This document shows, in pieces, positions 53,394-64,000 of a stretch of DNA of 64,000 bases. Within the stretch, counting starts at the first letter, position 1, and every line of letters starts with the position of its first letter. The notes beneath the pieces were generated by a model. The model was not told the origin of the DNA and did no database searches. It was given only the letters and a program-made list of their open reading frames with translations. The translations under genes were made by a program, and so were the position numbers. This DNA comes from Ruditapes philippinarum. Its lineage: Eukaryota. Location of the stretch: contig NW_026857641.1 of assembly GCF_026571515.1 (NCBI RefSeq), positions 1-64,000 of the forward strand. Reading direction: 5' to 3'.

Positions 53394-54125
53394 AGATGGA
53401 AAAAATATCACGACTTTTTTTTAGAAAATGGACTTGACAAATATATTTTGCCCCACTTACAGGCACATCTAAGAAGATTTATATATATTTTCTGATTTTT
53501 GTACCAAATGTTCATTTATTTTATTACCTTCAAAAGGGGTCATATGGCAAGCTCACTGTTCATTTATCAGTAAATCTTTTGAGTTCAATTTTATAGACAG
53601 ATATGTACAATTGATAAGTCTTCATTAACTGTTAGCCTGCTGGAAGCAGCTGGTTCTGACCATCTGATCAGTGCAGACCAAGATCAGGTGGCACATCTGT
53701 GCTGTCTGATTATGATCTGTACTGTTAGGGGTATTCAATCATTAAATATTTCAAATTTTCAGTAAAAATGATGACTGGTTTTGTCCAGATTGAAAGATTG
53801 ACAAGTTCATTTAAGATATTTGAAGTTGTAAGGATTAATTCATAAAATCTTCAATGACTTTTTTACTTATATTGTAATGTACTTACAAATAAAATAATGT
53901 CATTATCATGATAATAGTGTGATTGTTTAAAAAATGGTTGTGAAGATTTTTTTATTTTTGTTTGAATATTTTAAAGTGTAATCAGATGTGTATGATTTTT
54001 TGTCTGTAATTATCTTATTTCTTATTGTCTATCCTCTTTATCAGCAAAAAATCATTTATTTGTTGTAAGATTCTTATTACCGTTATGTTTTTGAATTTGC
54101 TATATTTCGGCTGTTATACAATAAT

Positions 54126-54590
54126 AATATTTGTCATATGATGCGGTTCGGACCCAAATATCCGTCCCGAGGGGCGGTAACGAAGCTTGCCAAGTTACCA
54201 CCAGTTGGCAGCTTCCCTAGGGACGGATATCCGATCCGAACCGCAAACATGTCAGATATTTTTTCTTGCATATTCTGCCATATTGCTTCATATTTAAAAT
54301 GGTTAACCTCAATATGTTATATGTCCATGGAAATTAAAGTCATTTCATCCATAACTATTTTCGTACAATAGTGTATGAACTTGCAACTTAAATAAAAGCG
54401 GCGAAATGACGTCATCATAAGCGCATATTTCCCTTCTAAAATGACGTCATTTTAACGCGGTTCATTCATAAAGTGCGCTAAAATGACGTTGTTGTTTGGC
54501 ATGCGACTCATCTAGCACCCTCCATACCAGTTGAAATTTCCGGCATGGGTAAAACTCACGGAAACGCCAGTCTGCTATGCAAGAAAAATA
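54126..54590. mobile_element. Non-autonomous element with internal palindrome and TTCTTGCATA/TATGCAAGAA inverted motifs
   Basis: Hairpin at 54126-54260 (GCGGTTCGGA..ATATCCGTCCC / GGGACGGATAT..TCCGAACCGC); inverted motifs at ~54263 and ~54577. Confidence 0.55.
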
Positions 54591-56704
54591 GTTACATATC
54601 TGAACAGATATGTATGGATTGATTGGTTATGAGAATAAAATTGAAATTTGACAACTGGTGTTACAGGTCTCATTGAGTTATGAAGATTGGGTTGTTCAGG
54701 GTTGGAGGTTAGAAGTAAATTTCTAAATTTAAACTAATTTTATTTGATTGGTCAAAAAATGGCACAGAATGTACACTGACCGATGAAAATCATAAGATAT
54801 TAGACTGAGCTCAGAAAGTTTTATAACATCAAGTGCTATGCAAGAATATATTCCTCGTGGTGAACCCTTATGACCAGACCAGTATTTTGTACATGCACAG
54901 AAACAAACCTTGATTAAAACACTGCTTCAGTTGTTATTTATCTTATTGATGTAGAGATTTCTGTCTGGAGGTAGTACACATTCATCATAATGTAGGGATT
55001 AGTGTCATATTAAGTATAAAGAAAACATTCATATTTTACCATCAACTCAATACTGTCCTCAAACTCCTGACCTCTAAGGCTCTAACTGGCTTTCAATTTT
55101 TGGAAATGATTCACTATAGTCAACTCCACATTCTTGGACAGACTCAATACTTACCACTTCTACATTTTTGTATTTTGATAATGTAATTCCTTTAAATTAT
55201 TTATAGACTGTCCTTTTTTCAATGCAAGGCAAGTCCTTTATAATTATATCAAAGGTGAACTACCTTTTATTCTACAATAAATGCCCCCAGGGGCCTTACA
55301 CTTTGGGGTGGGTGGTGGGGGGTGGATAGGAGGAATGCTTGATGCGCCTTTGTTATCTTTTGCCGGATTATTGACCTTTTCTTTAAATTTTTATTCACGG
55401 CAGTTTACCATGTTGTTAATTATCACATCTAGTATGTGATTATTTTGCAATTTTACCACATAATTGACCTACAGGTATACTTTTTTTAACTTGTTAATAT
55501 GGCCTGAACTGTTGTAGAAAAGAGCAATAATTCTACAAAATATGCATAAACATGTATATATGGTGATAATTATATATTCAACATATCAGATTTTATTGTT
55601 AATATTCATTACCACTTTGTGCCTTCTAATATATATGTGTGTGTTTGTGTGTGTGTGTTAAAATATACATTTATAGTATAGTTTTTGTTATGCAGAATAT
55701 TCATTATATGTATAGTAAACATTTTAATATTATCAAAATTTTTGTATCTACAATATAATATAGATACCTTTATGAAATTAGAATAGATTCATGAATAGAC
55801 AGCTAATGTAAATGCTTAGAAAGGGTTTGATATAACCCTGCACTTCAAAATTTTGCTTCACAATAAATTGTCTTTAGAAAATTTATAACTGTGTTGTTGT
55901 ATATGTATAAATCTTGTGTGTTTCATAGAACATGTCAAGTTATTATGATCACCATGTTGTTGTTGTTGTTATCTGCAAAAACTTTAATGTTGATCAGCAT
56001 GTGAAGTGCTGCACCTGGTGTTTTGCTTGTGGAATAATTTTGTTTTGTCAGAATTATTGCCCTTGACTTAGTGAAAATTTTCAATTTGTGTCACATGTAG
56101 GTCAAAAAGTATTTGACTAGAGTCAGAATATTGACAAAACAGTGAGTATGGGGGGCACCTGTTTCCTATGGCCACATTTTTAGTTACTTTTAACATTGAT
56201 GCAAATTTGTTATCAACAGACAAGCCTTAAAATATAACATCAAGTTGTGCCATCATTGTAAAGGTAATTTGATGATCTGGCAGCTCTACTGATTCAGAAA
56301 ATATACAGCTTTTGTAACCATTATCGCCAGCCTAATTTGTTAAGATGCTCAGTTTTCAATCACCTTTGTTCCCAGTTTTATTGATGCAGAAGATGATCAG
56401 TTTATACGGGGAAGTCGAAGGTCATGACTGCAAAGCGGGCCCAGGCTTTGACTTGCCTGGCTATACACTGTGTAGTTTTAAAAGGAAAATGCAAAAAAAA
56501 TAAATAAAAAATATAAACAATTCTATACCCCATCAGTGAGATTTTCATTATCATTTCTAGTTGGACACTGCCATTTTTTTATACAACACAACGAATTCCG
56601 ATAAAAGAACCATTGCAACTTTTCGGTTCAAAAATAATCGCCAAGATGTTTGGATTGAATGTGCATGAAATACCCTATAGCAGCTTTAAAATGATGAATG
56701 TAAA

Positions 56705-57148
56705 ATAACAAGAGACATCAGTGATCACGTGTTGCTTCATGATAACCAATTGCATGATGCAACTACTTTGAAGCAGGAGACACAAAAATCATTAACCAGG
56801 CAAAACGTGGTTTTTTTTTCCAAGGCCATAACTTGGCCAAAAATCATTCAACATGAAAACCTGTGTAATATGCACAAGTACTTGAGCTGTAAAGTTCCAA
56901 TGAAATTGCATTAGTGTTATAAGAGTAGTTAGTCCGGAGAAATTAAAATCATTAAAGGGCCAAAAAACAATTAACCGAAAAATGTTGATGAGATACACAA
57001 CTACACATTATTGATCATTCATGTAAAGTTTGGAAAAAAATTGCAGATGTAGTTTCTGAGGAAAGGATGGACAGCCAGACGACGTAGAAGTGATCCCTAA
57101 GACCGTAGAATTATGTTGCCACTACTCTGTAGAGACAACACGAAAAAT
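56705..57148 (-). mobile_element. Decayed HINE-like element
   Basis: AACAAGAG start, GGCCATAACT core motif and (GACA/GACG) tract, as in the other HINEs here. Confidence 0.45.
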
Positions 57149-57877
57149 CAACAAAAATTTATCTGACTTCCCCGTTCAGAGGTTTTGCCTATTTTCATGT
57201 TGATAATTATGGTAGTAGCTCTGTGGTGTATAATGTATTTAGTCTAAGAGGATTTTGGTATGTCTCAAATCACACAGGTCATATGACATCGAGTTTGGTA
57301 GAACATTTATCAAATCATTACAAACATAACAATTATAATCTAGCTATTGTTGTCATCACTTTCATTAAGTTCTCAACTTTCTGTAAGCTTGATAGCTTCC
57401 CAATTGGTAAAAATTAAAGTCTGTTTCAGAATTTGTACCTACAGAAGCAAGGAGCAAACAATTATCATTTTTGTGACCAAATCATTGAATCTGAAATTAC
57501 TTGATGCTACAAACACACTGGTGTTCCACTTCTTAAATGGTTTTCTTATAAATTCATTCCACTCGACAGAAAAAGAAATAACATCAGATTCCAGTTGTAA
57601 GTTATTGTAAAAACAAGTGGTGTCAGTAAGACAGCATGCACAACTATTCAAAGTGCTTGATACAAGCCTAGATGTTGGAATTATCAAAGGATTATTTTAT
57701 TCAAAATAAATTAAAATCCATGTTGAGTTATAGGCCTTGAAGTGTCCTCTATGATCTCAGACGTGTGGAGTAACAAGCAAATGTGGTTGATGAAATATAA
57801 GTTGAACTCTAATAAGCGGACACTGAAGCTCAAGTAAATATGATAGCCCCACCATTACTCAGTCAAGATAAATTGAC

Positions 57878-58694
57878 ATCAAGCAATACCTAGACTTACA
57901 TGCAAGAAAACTATTCTTTAACTCATACATCTTGCCACACTTAGATTATTGCTGTACTATCTGGGGCAATTGCAGCAATGATCTGATCAATGAAATCATA
58001 AAATTTCAAAAAAGAGCAGCAAGAATAATTCTAGATAAAAGTTACGATGCACCCTCCAGTGATTTGTTTAAAGAACTAAATTGGATGAGATTTGATGAAA
58101 GAATGAAATACAAAAAAGCAATCATAATGTTTAAATCTATCAATGACATACCATATCCACAATACATGCAAAGTAAATTCCAATTTGTTTACCAAAAACA
58201 TGAGCGCAACTTAAGATCTACAAATAGTTCAGACATAGCTGTTCCACGACCTAAGAAAGAATTTTTCAGAAAATCCCTAGTATACTCTGGCCCTAAATTA
58301 TGGAATAATATCCCTCTTAACATAAGAAAATCTAACAGTTTAGGAATTTCAAGCTTCATATCTATCTTGGCATTTCTCATCATTAAATTAATCATTTTAT
58401 AACAAAATTAGAATCCAATCATTTGATGAACCACCTAAAACGTATTTCCCACTTTGTTTAATTTGATATGTACTTCTTTAACATGTATTATGCTATGAAT
58501 GGACTGTAAATATTTAACATGTATTTCTTGTTCTGACAATTTCAATGTACATTGTAACACATTGTTATTGCAATTATTTTTGTAGTATTGTAGTGGTATA
58601 TATTGTAAATTATGTTTTTATTAGAGGCCCACATGGAAGATTGGGAAACCAAATGAGTAGCCTCGATAAATAAAGCCTTTACTTACTTACTTAC
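57878..58694 (+). mobile_element. 5'-truncated CR1/L2-group LINE (RT C-terminal region plus 3' UTR)
   Basis: IKQYLDLHARKLFFNSYILPHLDYCCTIWG...FQKRAARII...LNW...F.YSGPKLWNNIP motifs; AATAAA followed by an (ACTT)n tail at 58679-58694. Confidence 0.9.
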
Positions 58695-60222
58695 ATGTTC
58701 AGTGTGCATGTGATGTGACAATTGGTAAATAGCTAAAGATAAAAATGTTCATTTGTACTTTTAATAAAGAGGAATAAAACTAATTTGTGGTGTTGTGTTA
58801 CTAACTGAATCACTGTACAGAGACATCATCAACTGGTTGCCCCCCCCCCCCCCCCCCCTCTTGACTTCAGGTCTACCGAATACTGCTGCAGCATCTGACC
58901 AATAGCTTAAACTGCACATATAGTTTTTTGAAGGCCATTTTGCAAAAAATCTCCAGTCTCTACGTTGAATTCTTTAATCTTTAACAAAGACTCTTTCATT
59001 GCAATAAATATTGGGTAAAATACAAGAAACATAATGATATTCTTATATAGAGGAAGTTTATTTCAATAAATAGAGAAAACATTTTGTATTAAATCTTTGA
59101 TTCAGTGATATTCTGAAGATTACCATTCATATCAAAATTTTCTTAAAATCGTGGTTAAGAGCAAAATATTATCAACCCTTGTCTGACTGAACACAATCAT
59201 AATAACCTTTGCCAAACAGACATACAGTAACTCACAGTAACACCCCATCATGTCCAGTAGCAATCAATTTGACTGTGCCAATTTCTTTTTTAAATTAAAA
59301 AAAAATGGATAAAATTAAAAAAATTATGCAGACGACATTTTTAGCAGACGACAATCTTCCTAGTAATACTATGCAAAATGTTAATTTCAATAACTCTTAA
59401 CCATAACAGCAATAATAATATGCCTTTATAACCTTGTACACGCTAGGGCAGAATCTGAGAAATATGACCATACAGCTGGCTAACCTATTTAATACTGACA
59501 TCAATATTTAAAATAGATGATGCCAGGCAAGGCCATTTTAATGAACAAATGAAAAATACATTACAATTCTATATAGCTGTGATTATTTCCTTCAAAACTG
59601 GCTCGATATAAAACACACTTGTAAATTTTTATTGATCTAATTTTAACATTTGTTACAATAATATCTGGACCAAAGATTTATCAGGAGTAAGAACAAGGCA
59701 TTAGCAGCATTTTCACTCCATAAATAGCATTGATTTTAAATGTCACTGATGTCGTCTGCGTGACTTAATTTCATTGCGGCTTAAAAACAGATCTCATAAA
59801 CAAATAACACTTGTGTCTCGAAAATCTAGGTATATTGCTAGCCAAGCTGTTATTAAAGAGACAAATGCTTTTTTTTTAATCATATTTGCCCACATAATGC
59901 CACATGCACCATTTGACTGCAGGAACACTACAACCTAAAACACTGATGACAAATGTATATAATATCTTACAGATTATTTTTTAAGAAAACATAAATGTAT
60001 TTTAATCCAAGTTCTACTGCAAGTTCTTTATACATGTACTGCATTGTGGTGCAATTTCCACAGAAAGATAGGTGCTGGAATATAGTTCCTGTGATTATGA
60101 TAGAAGTTACATTTGTCAATAACAACGCACATTTACATGTTTTTACACATCAATCAATATTGAATGTTCAAGTTCTAAAGATCCTTGATATAATTAATCT
60201 GTGATGTTTAGGAGAATGTAAA

Positions 60223-60308
60223 CTAGGATTGTTGTGGCTGTATGCCTTGCTCATAAAACTGAGGACATCTTGCCATTAATTCTACAGCTGCATTGTAGTT
60301 TTCCATAT
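60223..60308 (-). CDS. RPA3: RPA3 (replication protein A 14 kDa) last coding exon
   Basis: TTTTTCACAG|; (N)MENYNAAVELMARCPQFYEQGIQPQQS* aligns to human [23 protein letters not shown]. Confidence 0.92.
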
Positions 60309-60415
60309 CTGTGAAAAAACAACAAAAACAACATAATTACAAAAATCATGAGATCTTGATCATAATTATTAGGATTCATCAAACCCCGGTATCAGACCAT
60401 CCCTACAAAGTAGCA

Positions 60416-60737
60416 CAGGGTCTTTTTCAGCTATTTTTGGAAAAGGCAAAAAGTTGGAAAATTATTCGACATTTTGGGAAATTTGAGAAATTTTATTAAA
60501 AGTTGAAAATTTATCTCATGTATACACATGTTTTTAGTTTTATTTTACATCTATCTTGTGTATACATAAGTTTTTTAATATGTGTATGATCATAAAAACT
60601 GAAACCTTATGAAACAAGTCAAAACTGTTAAATTTTTCTCAAAAGGTGAAACAATTAACTTTTTCAGGAAAATAGGTTATCTTGGATTGGGAATGGGGCC
60701 TTATTTCGGACCCAGGTGATAGTGTGAAAATGCCCTG
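60416..60737. mobile_element. MITE with 5-bp TSD (hAT5-like)
   Basis: TIR CAGGG..TTTT; TSD TAGCA (60411-60415 and 60738-60742). Confidence 0.75.
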
Positions 60738-60938
60738 TAGCACAGCTTTAAATTTTTAATCCTAGAAACATTGCCTGGATCTAAAGCAAGGTACAATAAC
60801 GTGTTATTTGTTAACACAATTCTTTATGTTTTTGGAGTCTGTGTAGGTAAATATAGCAGGATATTTTACAAAACTATGAATTTATCTAGCAGTGTTTTAT
60901 TCATTTCATTATTTTGTTGTGATTTAAGTCACATGGAC

Positions 60939-61683
60939 CAGGGCTCCAGATAATTTTTTAGGGCAATGAGTATTTACTCATTGATTTTTTTGTGAACGAG
61001 TAAAACTTGAAATCTGAAATTTGACAGGAGTGTTTTTACTCCTTAAATTGTATGTAAAAGTATGCTTCCATGTTTATTGCATTATTATACTTGTAATACA
61101 ATATATGTCAAAGTCATTTCTTTTGCTTTTTGGACTCTCTTGGTTTATAATCTTGCATTTCCAAACGGCATACGTTTTATCTGAACCTGGGGCATGTTTC
61201 TGTTGCTTATACGTGGAAGAGCTAATTATTTCATTAATTATAACCTTCGGTCGATTTTTTCGGCTGAAAATACAAGTCAATCGTTTTAACTTTTTACAGA
61301 TGTTTATGAAATTGCGTCAATTCCACCACCTTACTAAACATACGATAGCAACCGATGATAGTCAGAACTACTGGAAGTTACCGTTAGACGTTGCAAAGCA
61401 TTCATACGAAGTTAATTCCACCACCATACTATACATAAGATATCAACCGATGATGGTCGGAACTACAGGAAGTTACCAGAGACGCTTGCAAAGCGTTCAG
61501 ACAAAATTGAAAATAAGATAATCACCAAGTTTACTTTCGGTTATGTTTACGCAAAAGAAATGTTGCTCAATGTGTAACCTGAATTTTGTGTGCGTTTTCA
61601 TACGCTTAAATTTTGTTTTGAATGAGTAAACGTGTTGTTTCCATGTGTAATTTAGGCGTATACCCATCTTATCTGGAGCCCTG
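60939..61683. mobile_element. Non-autonomous P-element-like transposon
   Basis: 15-bp perfect TIR CAGGGCTCCAGATAA; 7-bp TSD CATGGAC (60932-60938 and 61684-61690); internal 95-bp-period duplication at 61319-61499. Confidence 0.85.
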
Positions 61684-62022
61684 CATGGACACTGTAACTG
61701 TTGTATGGTGATTTTCTATATCCAAAGTTCCTTTTGGATTCTAACCCACAGCAGTTAAGAGTCAATAGTTCAAAGCCACTTGAAGTGGAGGTATAAAGAT
61801 ATACTTTTGCTAAGAACTTTATGGATAATTCTTTAATGAAATGTAAGAAGACAGTAAATATCCTGATTTTTTCTTACATACTTCAGAACTGACCTGGATA
61901 AAGTTTTACTCCTAGTAAATGGAATTTTGTCTTAATAACTCAAACACACTTTTTCATAACATCCTTAACTGTGATAATGTTTGAAGAAAATACTCTCACA
62001 TTCAAAACAAACCTGCACTTAC

Positions 62023-62134
62023 TAAATTTATCTGAGACCTCATCAGGAAATGTGATGTATTTACTGCACTGGATGTTGTTTCTACCATCCACCTGTCCCT
62101 GTACCTCAGTCAATCCTGACACATACTCACTCAG
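62023..62134 (-). CDS. RPA3: RPA3 internal coding exon
   Basis: TTTTGTAG|..|GTAAGT; LSEYVSGLTEVQGQVDGRNNIQCSKYITF aligns to human [29 protein letters not shown]. Confidence 0.93.
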
Positions 62135-62520
62135 CTACAAAATATACAAACAAGTTTACATTATATTACAAATGTATATAAAATCATTATACACAAAGTG
62201 ACAGAAAAAAAAATCACTTAATCACTAATACTGATCATTAAGTTACAAAATATTTACATTTTATAATAAAAGTGACTTTGTTTACTCTTTTAGTATGTAC
62301 ATGTATAACAATAGCTATATAAAAAGCTTCCTTTCCAACAGACATCATTCAACAAACAAGTTCATGTTTCAGGGGTCAATGGACCTTTCCAGCATTTATG
62401 CCAATCAGCTGACTGGGTATGTTATTGCTATCCTTGGATAATTCATTGTCCATGATTGGGCTGGTTTACACCAAAAACATGGTAAAAATGTTGTACTGTT
62501 TGTGAGCAATTAACAGAAAG

Positions 62521-62791
62521 TTTTTTGTTTGTTTGATTTATACGTCACACCGACACAGTATAGGTCATATGGCGATGTTCCAGCTTTACTGGTGGAGGAA
62601 GACCTCAGGTGCCCTTCCGTGCATTATTTCAGGCACAAACGGGCACCTGATGAACCACCGATGTTCCATAAGCTAGCTGGATAGCTTCCTCACATGAAAG
62701 AATCCAAAGTCCCTGTCGGGATTCAAACCCACAGCGGCGAGGGGCAAGTGGTTTTAAGTCAACAACCTTAACCACTCGGCCACGGACGCCC
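62521..62791 (-). mobile_element. Full-length tRNA-derived SINE (MetaSINE-like) with 15-bp TSD
   Basis: A-box TGGCCGAGTGG, B-box GGTTTGAATCC, (CAAA)n tail; TSD GCAATTAACAGAAAG (62506-62520 and 62793-62807). Confidence 0.92.
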
Positions 62792-62925
62792 TGCAATTAA
62801 CAGAAAGACGGGCCTAAATTTTTCACTGCTAAAAATTTGAAAGGTCCATTGAAAGAAATTCTTAACATGCTTCATCAGTAGATGTATCAGCTTTTGCTAT
62901 CCAAGCAGGATATAAAGTCACTTAC

Positions 62926-63000
62926 AGGTTCTTGCATTAATATTCTGATATCACTTCCATCACATGTTGTTAGAGTAAAAGATGTTCCATTGCTGTCCAC
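62926..63000 (-). CDS. RPA3: RPA3 75-nt internal coding exon (first coding exon probably beyond the window)
   Basis: TATTTCAG|..|GTAAGT; phase 0/0; VDSNGTSFTLTTCDGSDIRILMQEP aligns to human [25 protein letters not shown]. Confidence 0.92.
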
Positions 63001-63665
63001 CTGAAATATACAAATAAATCAATTAAACATCTTGAAACTGGTATCGGCTGCTGTCAGGAATGATGTAGACTGTTCAGTTTCTAAGAGAATAGCAGACAAT
63101 TTCTGCTGATCAAAAGCCTGATTTAAATTTCCAGAATGGCTTCTTACATTCAAAATTTCAGTTAGCTTGGAATTTACAAGCATTGCTAATTTGAAACTTA
63201 TACATGTATCTTTATTTCACTACCTGTTCCCCTACTGAAACTTAATTAACATGCTCCATTTCACTTATACAGTAAAGTGTTTAAAATACTTTTAAAGTAA
63301 TAAAGATTTTTAACAAGTTACATAGTCCTACACAAATAGTTGTTTGCATAGCGCCTCAGATAATATATTGCTAACAACCATTTATATATGGTCATTTAAC
63401 CTATGTAGAACCTTTAAACATAACATTTACGTGTACAAAAAATGCCAACTCAGATCAATTCCTGGACAATGCAGATCACTCTTGTTGAAATCTTTGCTAC
63501 TGTCATTTGCAATGTACCTCTGCTCTGGCATGTACAGAAGTTATCAGTTCCTTGTGAAAGTGAAGGTAACTAGTACTGGTAAACTGCTTGCCCAGGAAAT
63601 GTGGCTGAAATTGTGCTCTAGTAAATTCAATGTGGCTTACAGCCATGATCCATAAGGTAAACTAC

Positions 63666-64000
63666 TAGGGCTGCAACGAAACACCAAAAGTTTGATTTGA
63701 TTTCGATTTCAGACACCCCAATTCAATTCTTTCGATTCGATTCATGTGTGATAACTATTTAGTCTTTAGTTGACAATCTGCTTTGCTGTAAAAGTCAGTA
63801 GCCCTTGACAATTTTTTTTTATTATTTTTATTTTTTTAGTTGTAACAACTTATTTTTTCCCTTATTATTAGTAGCAGTGTTATGAAACTAAAAAGTGGTT
63901 TATTTCAAATTATTTAGATAGTAATTCTAATCAAACAATCTAACACAATAATGTGACTAGTAATCTTATAAATCAGACTTTTTCTCAAACTAAAACTAGG
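63666..64000. mobile_element. Left end of a hAT-like element, cut by the window edge
   Basis: TAGGGCTGCAACG start followed by repeated GATT(T)CG subterminal motifs. Confidence 0.5.

Noticed and set aside
57932-58402. 156-aa ORF as a host gene
   Set aside because: It is the RT C-terminal fragment of a truncated CR1/L2 LINE.
61021-61521. 166-aa ORF
   Set aside because: Lies within a non-autonomous TIR element, has a TTG start, and shows no recognisable transposase motif.
62700-62791. Possible tRNA gene
   Set aside because: The tRNA-like head continues into a SINE body and tail flanked by a TSD.
63344-63655. 103-aa ORF or RPA3 first exon
   Set aside because: No similarity to the RPA3 N-terminus on the minus strand and no recognisable domain on the plus strand.

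Overview
AT-rich eukaryotic genomic DNA with introns. The repeat landscape (tRNA-derived SINEs, Helentron-associated HINE elements, many MITEs) suggests a bivalve mollusc, probably a venerid clam; this is an inference. Almost all ORFs in the supplied track are spurious. Three spliced genes are supported. (1) A complete six-coding-exon SRD5A3/polyprenol(al) reductase-like gene lies on + (46855-53393, 296 aa). Its reading frame is intact, but most family-conserved catalytic/NADPH-site residues are replaced, making it a candidate pseudoenzyme or neofunctionalised paralog. (2) The last three coding exons of RPA3 (RPA14) lie on - (60223-63000), convergent with it. (3) A signal-peptide first exon lies on - (37444-37555); the first ~37 kb of the window is probably its giant first intron, and the gene is possibly an ionotropic glutamate receptor-type gene. 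The rest is a dense set of non-autonomous transposons. These include a four-level nested stack at 21.2-25.9 kb, a CAC-terminated element with a 5-bp TSD and 12-bp-offset asymmetric TIRs (Transib/RAG-like), and a TIR element with two convergent tRNA-like Pol III units. There are also satellites and minisatellites, and the first ~4.4 kb looks like low-accuracy consensus.
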